Positions 10,331 through 20,323 of a stretch of 64,000 bases of DNA are shown here, piece after piece (position 1 is the first letter of the stretch; each line of letters opens with the position of its first letter). Position numbers and translations under genes: made by a program. The notes beneath the pieces are model-generated. The model saw only the letters and a program-made list of their open reading frames with translations, ran no database searches and was not told the origin of the DNA. The stretch covers positions 3,264,001 to 3,328,000 of the forward strand of contig OZ244905.1 of NCBI GenBank assembly GCA_965221695.1, written 5' to 3'. The stretch comes from Gammaproteobacteria bacterium (GTDB taxonomy: Bacteria > Pseudomonadota > Gammaproteobacteria > Eutrophobiales > Eutrophobiaceae).

Positions 10331-11101
10331 GTGGATCTTGAGCTGCGTAATAGGAAAGCCATCGTCACAGGTGGCAGCAGGGGTATCGGGAAAGAGATTG
10401 CTCGCACACTGGGCGAGGAGGGCGCACAGGTAGCCATCTGTGGCAGGAATGAGAAATCACTTGCGGATACCCTGGGGGAATTCGATGCGGAAGGATTGAA
10501 TATAACAGGTAAACCAGTAGACGTGGGTAGCCGGTCTGATTATATCGCCTGGCTTGAATGGGCGGTAGAGAGTATGGGCGGACTTGATATCTTTGTGCAT
10601 AATGTCACCAGCGGCGTGGAGAGTGGTGAGCTAATAGATTGGGAGTATGCTCACCGTGTTGATATGATGGGCGCGGTTATTGGTTGTGAAACCTTGCAAC
10701 CGGTACTGGAAAATTCTCCTGCAGCATCCATCATCTTTATTTCCAGTGTTTCAGCGCTGGTGATCCGTACAGGCAACAAAGATGAACACGCCTATGGCGC
10801 GGTCAAGGCCGGCTTGATCCAGTATGCCGGGCAATTATCCAGAATGCTGGGACGGAAAGGCATCCGCGTGAATGTGGTATCGCCCGGCGCGATTGATTTT
10901 CCCGGCAGTCCATGGGATCTGGTCAGGCAATCGGATCCGGCCTATCATGCTGCCGTCTCAAAGGCATCTGCCATAGGTCGTATGGGCACGCCGCAAGAGG
11001 TTGCCTGGGCTGTGTCCATGTTGGCAAGCCCCCGGGCCAGCCTTATTACCGGCGCCAACCTGCTTGTTGACGGCGGCTCACATCCGCATGTGGATTTTTA
11101 G
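10331..11101 (+). CDS. SDR family oxidoreductase
   Basis: TGGSRGIG, YGAVK (YxxxK), IRVNVVSPG, GANLLVDGG. Confidence 0.93.
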   Translation: MDLELRNRKAIVTGGSRGIGKEIARTLGEEGAQVAICGRNEKSLADTLGEFDAEGLNITGKPVDVGSRSDYIAWLEWAVESMGGLDIFVHNVTSGVESGELIDWEYAHRVDMMGAVIGCETLQPVLENSPAASIIFISSVSALVIRTGNKDEHAYGAVKAGLIQYAGQLSRMLGRKGIRVNVVSPGAIDFPGSPWDLVRQSDPAYHAAVSKASAIGRMGTPQEVAWAVSMLASPRASLITGANLLVDGGSHPHVDF

Positions 11102-11130
11102 GAGCCTCTGAGGACTTAATCTGAGCTTCC
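11101..11130. mobile_element. Degenerate 30-bp single-hairpin copy of the miniature element
   Basis: GGAGCCTCTGAGGACTTAATCTGAGCTTCC flanked by TTTA/ATAA; overlaps the SDR stop codon. Confidence 0.6.
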
Positions 11131-11163
11131 ATAACTCTCGCACGCATCCATCCGGATATATAA

Positions 11164-12318
11164 ATGCCGACCGTCACACGCTCTGAATTCGATCGCTGGC
11201 AGATTATTAGCGCCGCTTGTCTGATATCGGCTACCGGCGCTATCTTTTATAATATCCTGCCGATATTCGTCGGCGCTATGCAGGATACTTTTCAACTCGA
11301 TCATGCCCGGACAGGTTTTATCCCCTCAGTTTTCTACACCGGGTTCGGTTTAATTTCAGCCTCGGCCTACTTCTGGATCCGCCGTGTCAACTGGAAGAAA
11401 TTGGCGCTTGCCTGTATCCCCGCTACGTTGCTTTCCTTGTTACTGCTGGTTCAGATTAATTCATATGGTGGGCTGCTGGCCGCGATTCTGCTGGCCGGCA
11501 TAGGTTTTGGAATAATGTACAGTTTGGGATCGACAATAATCGGCGATACTGCGAAACCGGCCCGTTATTTCGGTATGAAGATCGGAGCAGAAGTATTTAT
11601 TGGCGTTATCTTGCTGTTTTCCATACCCTCACTGGTGATGCCTCGCTGGGGCTTCACGGGGACTGTTTATGCGCTTGCCGGTTGTGTTCTTGCGTTGGGT
11701 CTCTCCTTTGCATGGATTCCGGAACAAGGCCTGAAAAAACAGATTTCAGATACGTATCATACCGACGCAATGACGTTTTCGGTCGTCCCGGTATGGTATT
11801 CACTGGCCGCGTTATTACTGTTTTTCAGTGGCATGACAGCAATTTGGACGTTTATGGAGCGTATCGCGGTAAATGCCGGCATCAACCCTTCTATAATCGG
11901 AACCATACTGGCGGTTTCTTTGCTGGCTGGCCTCGTCGGCGCGTTTTCTGCGGCGCTGATCAGTGGCCGGTTTGGCAGGTTGAAACCGATAGGCGCAGGT
12001 TTGTTCCTGTGTATTACCTCGGTGTTAATGCTGCTCCCGAAATTGACCGTGGCGACATATGCCATTGCCGTTTGTATTTTCAATAGCGCATTTCCGTTTA
12101 CCATCCCCTTTTTACTGGCGTTGGTCGCAGACTATGATTTCAATGGCCGTTATATTGTGCTGACCGTTCCTGCCATCTCCCTGGGTATTGTATCCGGACC
12201 GGCGATTGCCGGATTGCTGGCGGGCAGTGTGGGTTTTATCGGTTGTGTTGTCTATTCCTGTATTGTCTTCATGTTGACGATGGCGCTTGTGATTATTGCT
12301 TTAAGGAAAGCGTCGTAA
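11164..12318 (+). CDS. MFS transporter
   Basis: Multiple TM helices; PARYFG, AIWTFMERI, SGRFGR, DFNGRY; paralogous to 13726-14856. Confidence 0.88.
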   Translation: MPTVTRSEFDRWQIISAACLISATGAIFYNILPIFVGAMQDTFQLDHARTGFIPSVFYTGFGLISASAYFWIRRVNWKKLALACIPATLLSLLLLVQINSYGGLLAAILLAGIGFGIMYSLGSTIIGDTAKPARYFGMKIGAEVFIGVILLFSIPSLVMPRWGFTGTVYALAGCVLALGLSFAWIPEQGLKKQISDTYHTDAMTFSVVPVWYSLAALLLFFSGMTAIWTFMERIAVNAGINPSIIGTILAVSLLAGLVGAFSAALISGRFGRLKPIGAGLFLCITSVLMLLPKLTVATYAIAVCIFNSAFPFTIPFLLALVADYDFNGRYIVLTVPAISLGIVSGPAIAGLLAGSVGFIGCVVYSCIVFMLTMALVIIALRKAS

Positions 12319-12375
12319 TGTGAAAACAACACTCAACTCCTGTATTATAGTCAGAGCGCTGTGCGGGGATTTGCT

Positions 12376-13692
12376 ATGAGTGATTGTTATAAGATGCCGG
12401 AACAAGGGATGTCTCATGCTGAGGCGCTATCCCGTGTTCGCGAGTTGCGTTCCGGGATGACAGAAGATCAGTCCGGTAAGCTGGCAGCGACCACTTTCCA
12501 AGGTCATGCCGATATGCAACAAGTGACGCACGACGCATTTGTGGAATTCATGGATTGGAACGGATTGTTTACGTTTCGCGAGCCGGCTGCAGCCCGGTTG
12601 GAAAACGACGTCCTGGACATATGCATGGAATTCATGAATGGTGGTCCCGGGGCGCGAGCCAACCTGACGACCGGTGGAACAGAAAGTAACTTCTGCGCTT
12701 TGCATGCCATGCGCAAGTGGGCGCGCAAAAACAAGCCTGATATCGTAAAACCTGAAATTGTAGCGCCGTACTCGACTCATGCCACTATCCACAAGACAGC
12801 AAGGTACCTGGACTTGAAAGTGGTTACTGTTCCGCAACTGCCGGATCTCAGCGCCGATGTGGACGCTATCCGCGCTGCCGTGGGCCCAAATTCCATTGGC
12901 ATTGTCGGTTCAGCGCCCAACTGGCCTTACGGAAAGGTTGATCCGATCGAGGAATTAGGAGAGATTGCCCGGGACCAAGACCTTTGGTTACATGTTGATG
13001 CATGTGTCGGCGGCTATATACTTCCGTTCTTCCGGGAACTGGGTGAAGCGGCGCCCTTGTATGATTTCCGCGTGCCCGCTGTGCGTTCTATCTCAGCGGA
13101 CCTGCACAAATACGCTTATGCGCCTAAACCCTTGTCTTCCATCCACTGGCGTTCCCGAGAAGAACAATCTTTTCATTATATGCCGGTTGCCGAATGGCCT
13201 TGCGGTATGTACCTGTCACAGAGTTTTGTCGGCAGCCGTACTCTTGGTCCGGTCGCGGGTATCTGGGCTCTTATGCACTACTGGGGCAGGTCCGGTTATC
13301 GGGAGAATGCCAGGCGGATACTTGGAATTAAACAGGCAATAGTAGACAGGTGTGACACTATCGAAGGAATTTATACCTGGCAGACGGATGGACCATTACT
13401 TATGATCGCTTCCGATGAATTCGATATCCGTTTACTTACGGGCGCTATGGAACAACGCCAGTGGTATTTCCTCGGCGTTCAGGACCCACCTGCAATTCAT
13501 CTGACCCTTGATGTGCTGACGGATGAGTCGCTGAGGAAACTATTGCGGGATCTCGAAGAAGCAACAGTTGATATCCGTTCGGGGAAGATTACCGAAGAAG
13601 GATTGTTGACCTATGCAGGAGTCGGCGCGCGAGAAACAGCGCCCAAGTGGCTGTTAAGCGCGCTAGAAATTATGGAACAGAACTCTTCCTGA
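12376..13692 (+). CDS. PLP-dependent group II decarboxylase family, sphingosine-1-phosphate lyase-like
   Basis: TTGGTESN, GIVGSAPNWPYGKVDPIEELG, LHVDACVGG, SISADLHKYAYAPK (PLP lysine), GSR. Confidence 0.85.
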   Translation: MSDCYKMPEQGMSHAEALSRVRELRSGMTEDQSGKLAATTFQGHADMQQVTHDAFVEFMDWNGLFTFREPAAARLENDVLDICMEFMNGGPGARANLTTGGTESNFCALHAMRKWARKNKPDIVKPEIVAPYSTHATIHKTARYLDLKVVTVPQLPDLSADVDAIRAAVGPNSIGIVGSAPNWPYGKVDPIEELGEIARDQDLWLHVDACVGGYILPFFRELGEAAPLYDFRVPAVRSISADLHKYAYAPKPLSSIHWRSREEQSFHYMPVAEWPCGMYLSQSFVGSRTLGPVAGIWALMHYWGRSGYRENARRILGIKQAIVDRCDTIEGIYTWQTDGPLLMIASDEFDIRLLTGAMEQRQWYFLGVQDPPAIHLTLDVLTDESLRKLLRDLEEATVDIRSGKITEEGLLTYAGVGARETAPKWLLSALEIMEQNSS

Positions 13693-13725
13693 ACCATACT
13701 GTTTCGAGAGTTCGGTATCTGAGGC

Positions 13726-14856
13726 TTACCGAGTTCTATCGAGACGCATTGCCAGCGGCACAATAAGCGCCAGGGTTATCAGCAGGAATAGGGAGCCGGC
13801 CCAGCTTACCGCCGCATAGCTTCCCGGAACCAGAAATTGCGCTGTGACTGATGGGCCCAGAGACATTCCTCCCAGTTTGAAGGCAATACTGAGGATATAA
13901 AGACGGCCGGTCGGATCCAGTTCCACACAGATCAACAACAAGTACGGAACGACAAAAATATAGCTGAACTGCGTCAAGCAGACTGCTGCTACAAAGAGAC
14001 TCGCTCCCTCTCCAAGTAACATGATCATGGCGATAATGAATAGGACGCAACCTGCAACCACAGGCAGCACGCGACCATATCGGGTACTCAAAACGGATGC
14101 CAGCAAGGCTCCGATAACGCTGCAAACCTGTGTGGCTGCCAGCGCAAGGCCGATAAATTCGGGAGTAAACCCAGCATGATTACCGATCCTTTCCATGTAG
14201 GCCCACAGTCCTCCTTCAGCAGCCATGTAAAACATAAAGGCGATCATGGCGATGAACAGGGGTACGACTGAAATGGAGTGAGCTGCATCCGGTTGTGGCA
14301 GAGCGACTGCGCTCTTTGGAAACCAGAACACGACAGGAAGAACGGCGCAGGCGACCAGCGCGTTAGTAATAAAAATTGCGGTTAATCCGTATACTTGAAT
14401 CAGACCCGGCAGGAGCAGAAAGAACGCGATAGAAATCAATACTGTCATACCGATGCCAAAAGCGTAATAGCGATCCGGTTTTGAAGTATCGCCGATGGAT
14501 ACCATCGCCAGGGAATAAATAATGCCCTGACCGAATTCGGTGATGAAACGCAGCAGGCAGAGATACGCAAATGATTCGACTTGGATGCTGATAACGTTGG
14601 ACAGGACGATAATAGCGATCCCGGCTATTGCCAGCGGCCGCCAGGCCCAGTAGCGGATCCAGGCCGTACAGATCACCGCGGCAACCGCGATACCTGCAAG
14701 GTCAGCGCTGGCCAGAAAACCGGCCTGTTTCTGGGTCAAACCGAGAGTATCGGCCCCGGCGCCGACTAACAATGGGAGTAATGACATGCCCACGGGCGCC
14801 AGCATGTACATCATTACACAGGCAAACAACGCCCGTGGATCGTTGATTTTAGTCAT
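13726..14856 (-). CDS. MFS transporter
   Basis: Multiple TM helices; PDRYYA, GLWAYMERI, STRYGR, DPTGRL. Confidence 0.88.
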   Translation of the reverse strand: MTKINDPRALFACVMMYMLAPVGMSLLPLLVGAGADTLGLTQKQAGFLASADLAGIAVAAVICTAWIRYWAWRPLAIAGIAIIVLSNVISIQVESFAYLCLLRFITEFGQGIIYSLAMVSIGDTSKPDRYYAFGIGMTVLISIAFFLLLPGLIQVYGLTAIFITNALVACAVLPVVFWFPKSAVALPQPDAAHSISVVPLFIAMIAFMFYMAAEGGLWAYMERIGNHAGFTPEFIGLALAATQVCSVIGALLASVLSTRYGRVLPVVAGCVLFIIAMIMLLGEGASLFVAAVCLTQFSYIFVVPYLLLICVELDPTGRLYILSIAFKLGGMSLGPSVTAQFLVPGSYAAVSWAGSLFLLITLALIVPLAMRLDRTR

Positions 14857-16007
14857 TAACTAACGGCTTCCGTATGCTCTTGTCCTGTCTCCCATTGTGT
14901 TCTCAAGTCATCTATATCGAGATTGTATTTCTGTAGACGTTGTACAAACGGTTTCCAGTGGGTTTCCAGAATCGGCACATCACTATGTTCTCGCATGCGT
15001 TTTATACCCCGTTCACCCGGAAGAAATATCTCATCCACACCAGGCAGATGCAGCGTGGATTTAACTGCTTGGAAAAATCGATCGGTGCGCGCCTTGACAT
15101 CCTCGATTGGACCGAAATGTGAGGGATCAATAACTATCACACAACTGCCACCGACAGTGGTAAAGCCTTTGCGCCGGCGTTGCCATGCTTCTACACCGGT
15201 CGGCAGTTCCGGAGTAACCCGCGCCCCTGGCACGATCATGGCAGCCAGCATTTCAGTGAAGACATTGATGGCGTAAAGGCGAGGAGTTCCAAACACTGTA
15301 GGAGCGCGGGAACCACAGATTCGACCGTATCCTTCCACGGGTACGATATAAGGAGCCGGATCATCGGTCAGTTCAAACGTATCGGGATCCACCATGTATT
15401 TTCCGGACAGGCGCTGATTATTGTAGGCAGCCTCGGACCAGTTACCGTCATGGGCTTCGATACAGGCGATATCAGTGATTAATGGAAAGTCACCACCTGG
15501 TACGGAAGCGCACCACGGCGCCCCGGACAATTTGTTTTCCCTACCTCCCCAAGGCGCGACCAGCGGGGGTGAATTATTGGTAGCCATGGCAAACATATCG
15601 TGTTCCAAGGCCAGCGATGTATAGGCAAAGAAACAACCGGCGTCATTATGGTTTCTACCCATGGCTATGCTAATGCCATGTTCGCGCGCCTTATCGATGG
15701 CCTTAAGGGTGGCCATTTGCAGTGTCCAGAAACCAGTCGACGTCTTGCCGTCGTACAATACCCAAGTGGGTCCTTCATCAACAATTTCAGGAACAGCCTG
15801 CACATCCAGACAGCCGGCCTCAAGCGTGAGAAAAATAACGTCAAGAACGCCCATGCCCTGGGTCAACTTTCCGGTTCGATCACCCATGGATACCCCTCTG
15901 GCAACGGCTTCTGCATGTTCTTCCGAAGCGCCTGCGGCCTGCCACAGTTCCTTGTAGACGAACTCAAGAAAATCAGGGTTTTCGTTTCTGGTTGTCAATT
16001 TGTTCAT
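14856..16007 (-). CDS. Ldh_2 (malate/L-lactate/sulfolactate dehydrogenase-like) family oxidoreductase, divergent
   Basis: AIDKAREHGISIA, TNNSPPLVAPWGGRE, IVIDPSHF, EIFLPGER. Confidence 0.82.
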   Translation of the reverse strand: MNKLTTRNENPDFLEFVYKELWQAAGASEEHAEAVARGVSMGDRTGKLTQGMGVLDVIFLTLEAGCLDVQAVPEIVDEGPTWVLYDGKTSTGFWTLQMATLKAIDKAREHGISIAMGRNHNDAGCFFAYTSLALEHDMFAMATNNSPPLVAPWGGRENKLSGAPWCASVPGGDFPLITDIACIEAHDGNWSEAAYNNQRLSGKYMVDPDTFELTDDPAPYIVPVEGYGRICGSRAPTVFGTPRLYAINVFTEMLAAMIVPGARVTPELPTGVEAWQRRRKGFTTVGGSCVIVIDPSHFGPIEDVKARTDRFFQAVKSTLHLPGVDEIFLPGERGIKRMREHSDVPILETHWKPFVQRLQKYNLDIDDLRTQWETGQEHTEAVS

Positions 16008-16061
16008 GGTTAATCTCCCGGAAAATCAGGCTATGTCGGATGTTGCCCGCTCCAGACAGGC

Positions 16062-17135
16062 TCAACTCCAATGGGTTTTTCGCCGTTTGCCCGTGCGCTT
16101 TACCCTGCTTTCCGCCAGGATGCATAACATTTCAAAGCCCAAGGCGGCCGCTATGTTGGCAGAGCTTCCCTGCACATCCACCATTGGGCATAATTCAACA
16201 ATATCGGCGCCGATTATGTTCAGACCGCGCAGGCCGCGAATCAGTTGCCGCACTTCCCTGCTGGTAAAACCAAATGGTTCGGGCAACTGTGTGCCCGGCA
16301 GGTAGGTGGCATCTATACCGTCGCAGTCCATACTGAGGTAGCAGGGCCGATCGCCGACGGTTTTTCTCGCTTCTGCAATCACCGCCGGAAGGCCCATCTC
16401 ATCCACATCATCCATGGTTAATAGGCGCATGCCACTATCATGTGAGAACTCCCAGAATGGTGTTGCCCGCCCTCTGATTCCTATCTGTATCGTGCGTTCC
16501 GGATCTATGGCTTCATCAAGCACGGCATTTCTGAAGACAGCGCCGTCACTCAGTTCTTCACCCTGCATTTCGCCTACCATTGTATCGGCATGCGCGTCTA
16601 TGTGTATCAGTCCTAAAGGTTCGTTTCTTCCGAGCGCCTTCAGAATGGGATGTGAAATCGTGTGCACGCCACCGATCGCCAGGGTGTTGATTCCGGCATC
16701 ATCCAGCAAAGAGAATGTCTTGAAAATATCTTCTACGGTCTGGGCCGTATCATGAGGACGCTGAAATTCAACATCGCCATAATCGGCGATACTGCAGAGT
16801 TCGAACGGGATGGTATTCCAGTGATCGTGGACGGGGCCAAAATGTTTTGACCACTGCCGCACTGCTCGCGGGCCGAACTTGGTCCCGCCGCGATAGGGGG
16901 CGCTGACTTCCATGGGCACGCCGATACAGGCGATATCGGTTTCCTCAGGCGATTGTCTGCGAGGGGCCAGGTAAAAATCGTCAGCCGTGTATAGGGAAGA
17001 TACTGCCAACGCCGGTGACCGTTCCGTAATGCAGCGTTCAAAAAATGCCCGCAGTTCCGGGTCGCGGTGATGAGTGAACGGACGGTCTGCCAGTTGCCTG
17101 TAGTACTCGAGTTTTTTCGGGTCAAGTCCAGCCAA
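16062..17135 (-). CDS. Ureohydrolase (agmatinase/guanidino-amidinohydrolase family), divergent
   Basis: GTKFGPRAVR, GGVHTI, HIDAHADT, QIGIRG, SMDCDGID, GADIVELCP. Confidence 0.9.
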   Translation of the reverse strand: MAGLDPKKLEYYRQLADRPFTHHRDPELRAFFERCITERSPALAVSSLYTADDFYLAPRRQSPEETDIACIGVPMEVSAPYRGGTKFGPRAVRQWSKHFGPVHDHWNTIPFELCSIADYGDVEFQRPHDTAQTVEDIFKTFSLLDDAGINTLAIGGVHTISHPILKALGRNEPLGLIHIDAHADTMVGEMQGEELSDGAVFRNAVLDEAIDPERTIQIGIRGRATPFWEFSHDSGMRLLTMDDVDEMGLPAVIAEARKTVGDRPCYLSMDCDGIDATYLPGTQLPEPFGFTSREVRQLIRGLRGLNIIGADIVELCPMVDVQGSSANIAAALGFEMLCILAESRVKRTGKRRKTHWS

Positions 17136-17153
17136 ATTTATCTACCGAGTAAA

Positions 17154-17981
17154 TTAAAGGCCCTGTGCCAGCCCGCCGGCAACGGGCAGAGCAATGCCTG
17201 TGATATAACTGGAAGTTGGGCTCGCCAGCCAGGCTACCGCTTCGGCAACTTCCTCCGGTTCGGCCGGCCGCTTCATAGCGATAGCTTCATCTTCCAGTCT
17301 TTCCGCATGTTCCGGGCTGATCCCATGTTTTTCAGCAATTCTTGAGATTGCATTCTGTCGCAATGCAGTGTTAACCACGCCGGGGCAAATTGCGTTACAA
17401 CGAATACCCATGTCCGCGTATTCCAGAGCAATGGCCTTGGTCAAGCCGATGACAGCAAACTTGGTCGCAGTGTAACTCGCAGGTATCGCGTCAAGCGCGC
17501 CAAGACCACATATCGACGCATTGTTGATAATTACACCGCTGCGCTGATCAATCATGTGCGGCAGCACCGCGCGGCAGAACGCCGCGGTTCCCCTGACATT
17601 GACCTGATAAGCAAGGTCCCAGTCCAAATCTTCAATATCAGCAAACTTTGTTGCTGTAGCGGATACACCAGCGTTATTGATCATTGCGTCCACATGCCCG
17701 AACCGGTCAAGAACCTGTTTTACAGTTGAAAACACGTCAGCGCTATTGATGTTGTTACATTCCAGTGCAACCGTCTGCGCGCCGGTCTCCCGTATCTCAT
17801 CGGCAACTTCTCCAAGCCCTGTTTTACCAGGCATATCGGTGATAGCAATATTATATCCGTCGGCTGCGAGTCGCAGCGCTATCGAACGGCCAATTCCCAT
17901 ATTTGATCCGGCGCCTGTAATTATTGCAAGCTTTTTCCGGGAAATTGCATCAGGCACTGGTCGATATCCAAACGCTAACAA
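17154..17981 (-). CDS. SDR family oxidoreductase
   Basis: TGAGSNMGIG, NNAG, YTATK, IRCNAICPG; start codon uncertain. Confidence 0.9.
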   Translation of the reverse strand: MLAFGYRPVPDAISRKKLAIITGAGSNMGIGRSIALRLAADGYNIAITDMPGKTGLGEVADEIRETGAQTVALECNNINSADVFSTVKQVLDRFGHVDAMINNAGVSATATKFADIEDLDWDLAYQVNVRGTAAFCRAVLPHMIDQRSGVIINNASICGLGALDAIPASYTATKFAVIGLTKAIALEYADMGIRCNAICPGVVNTALRQNAISRIAEKHGISPEHAERLEDEAIAMKRPAEPEEVAEAVAWLASPTSSYITGIALPVAGGLAQGL

Positions 17982-18091
17982 GCGGCGCGCAAGCCTGGTT
18001 TGTTTACCAAGCTGATAGGGTGTAACTTATGAAGTTCTTTGTTGTTATAACCCACCAATATATAGTAGCATAAGGCCGCAGAGATATACAC

Positions 18092-18502
18092 ATGAGCAGC
18101 AGAATTTCAGACAAGTCTTGGAAAGAGTTCAGCGGCGCGGATTTTATCGATGACCTAAAGGGTAGGGATGTCGAACGCGCCTTAAGCTGGCTTGCCGATG
18201 ATTTCGTCTGGCATGTCCCTGGCGCCAAGGAGTTTGGCGGCGGCGCCTATTACGGCGCGGAGGGGTTGAAACAATTTGCCGCGCTGTCAAAACGGTTTTT
18301 TCCTGAATCGTTGAAACGGGTATGGCAACGTGAATGGCATGCACCCGGGGCAACGATCCTGGAAGCAACTCTGGAAGGGCCAGCGGCAACAGGGCTTCTG
18401 TATCGTAATGACTACGTGTTCCTGTTCGTCCACAACACTGAGGGCAGGATTATGGAAGTCAGGGAATACCAGGATATTGAACCCTTACGCGCCGTTATGT
18501 AG
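18092..18502 (+). CDS. NTF2/SnoaL-like (ketosteroid isomerase-like) protein
   Basis: [31 protein letters not shown]. Confidence 0.85.
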   Translation: MSSRISDKSWKEFSGADFIDDLKGRDVERALSWLADDFVWHVPGAKEFGGGAYYGAEGLKQFAALSKRFFPESLKRVWQREWHAPGATILEATLEGPAATGLLYRNDYVFLFVHNTEGRIMEVREYQDIEPLRAVM

Positions 18503-19913
18503 CCTTTAGCAGGCCCTCGCGAACCAATTCACCAGCTACCTTATCCACAGCTTTGCCGGTTAATTCGATGATTTGATCGATGTCCGCGGGACTGACGATC
18601 AAAGGCGGGGCAAAACCGAGAATATCCCCATGGGGCATGGCCCGAGCAATCAGTCCTTGCTCCAGGCAGGCTGCAGCAACTCGGGGGCCGACCTTCAGGG
18701 ACATGTCGAAACGTTCTTTTCTTGCCTTATCCGCTACGAATTCCAGCGCGCCGAGCAGCCCCTCTCCGCGCGCTTCGCCGACCAGGGGGTGATCGGTAAA
18801 GGTTTCGCGCAGACGCTGCTGGAAGTAGACGCCGGTTTTTCTTGCATTGCCAACAATGCCTTCCTGCTCAATGATATCCAGGTTGGCAATACCTGCCGCC
18901 ATTGCCAGGGCATGGGCGGAATAGGTCCAGCCATGACCGATAGGCCCGAACTGTTCGGAACCCTGCTCCAATACTTCCCAGACCTTGTCGCCGACTATCA
19001 CGCCGGATAACGGCAGGTAACCGCTGGTAAGTCCTTTGGCGATCGTGATGAGGTCCGGTTCAATGCCGTAACGTTCACAGCCGAAGTCATGGCCGATGCG
19101 GCCGAAGGCAGTCACCACTTCGTCGGCAATCAGCAGAATATCGTATTTTTTCAGAACTGACTGGACGGCAGGCCAGTAACCTTCAGGCGGCGGAATAATG
19201 CCGCCGGTGCCCATTACCGGTTCGCCGATGAACGCAGCGATTGTATCCGGCCCCTCGGCGAGTATCAGTTTTTCCAGTTCCGCAGCGCAATACCATGAAA
19301 ATTCCTGCTCACTCATGTCTTCCTGTGCGCCGTAATAATAATGTGGGGTAAGCGTATGTTTCACCGTGTCAACAGGCAAGTTGAAATGGTTCTGGAACAC
19401 GGCCAGGCCGGTCAGGCTGCCGGTGATAATGCCGGAACCGTGATAACCGCGCAGGCGCGAGATGATCTTGTTTTTTTGCGGACGCCCGAGCACATTGTTG
19501 TAGTACCAGACCAGTTTGACCTGGGTTTCATTGGCATCGGAACCGGACATGCCGTAATAGACTTTGCTCATGCCGTCCGGAGCCATTTCGATAATTCGTT
19601 TTGACAGTTCGATAACAACCTCGCTGGAATGGCCAACGTAGGTGTGGTAGTAAGCCAGCTTTTTTGCTTGGGCATGAATCGCGTCGGCGATTTCCATGCG
19701 GCCGTAACCGACATTAACACAATACAACCCGGCAAAGGCATCCAGCAGTGTATTGCCCTTGTTATCCCGGATATGAATGCCTTTGCCGGAATCGATGATA
19801 CGCGGGGTGCCCAGGACACCACTGGCATGGGCCTTCAGGTCGGTAGAGGCATGGAATACCGTCTGCCGGTCCAGTTCTTCCAGGCTCAGTTTGTCGTCAA
19901 ATTGTTTGGGCAT
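18495..19913 (-). CDS. Class III aminotransferase, DoeD (diaminobutyrate transaminase)-like
   Basis: [62 protein letters not shown]; recalled similarity to ectoine-catabolic DoeD. Confidence 0.85.
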   Translation of the reverse strand: MPKQFDDKLSLEELDRQTVFHASTDLKAHASGVLGTPRIIDSGKGIHIRDNKGNTLLDAFAGLYCVNVGYGRMEIADAIHAQAKKLAYYHTYVGHSSEVVIELSKRIIEMAPDGMSKVYYGMSGSDANETQVKLVWYYNNVLGRPQKNKIISRLRGYHGSGIITGSLTGLAVFQNHFNLPVDTVKHTLTPHYYYGAQEDMSEQEFSWYCAAELEKLILAEGPDTIAAFIGEPVMGTGGIIPPPEGYWPAVQSVLKKYDILLIADEVVTAFGRIGHDFGCERYGIEPDLITIAKGLTSGYLPLSGVIVGDKVWEVLEQGSEQFGPIGHGWTYSAHALAMAAGIANLDIIEQEGIVGNARKTGVYFQQRLRETFTDHPLVGEARGEGLLGALEFVADKARKERFDMSLKVGPRVAAACLEQGLIARAMPHGDILGFAPPLIVSPADIDQIIELTGKAVDKVAGELVREGLLKAT

Positions 19914-20242
19914 ATTCGGTTCACCGGTAATAAGATATCAGAACAATTATTTCATTTACTGCTTGTTTTATACAAATTATATGGGTTTGGATATGGGAAC
20001 CAACAACCAGGAACACAACTAAGAACGCTTATTTCGCCGCTTCTGCTATAGACTCCTGCCGCCTGTTGTGCTATAAAACCATTCCTTGACGCAATACTGC
20101 GTTAACGGGCGGTCTGGTCAAACAGCCGTCCGTGTCTTCTTGAGGGTGATGCCCTGGAATTCCCTGTACTGAACAGCTAGCGCTGTAGAAGTACGTCCCG
20201 TTGTTTTAAATCATGTCAGCCCTGGCCGGATCAGGGCATGCT

Positions 20243-20323
20243 AATTTGAGAGCACAACAAACATCGCATTTTTGTTGTGCGTGCTGTGACAAATCCAGGG
20301 CGGACTTGTCAGAGCTTCACTAA
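20243..20323 (+). mobile_element. Partial copy of the miniature element in the sgaA leader
   Basis: AATTTGAGAGCACAACAAACATCGCATTTTTGTTGTGCGTGCTGTGACAAATCCAGGGCGGACTTGTCAGAGCTTCACTAA aligns with 35336-35417. Confidence 0.8.

Noticed and set aside
20090-20240. THF, ZTP or glycine riboswitch upstream of sgaA
   Set aside because: Only TGCGTTAA resembles the THF motif; other conserved elements were not found by eye. An Rfam scan is needed.
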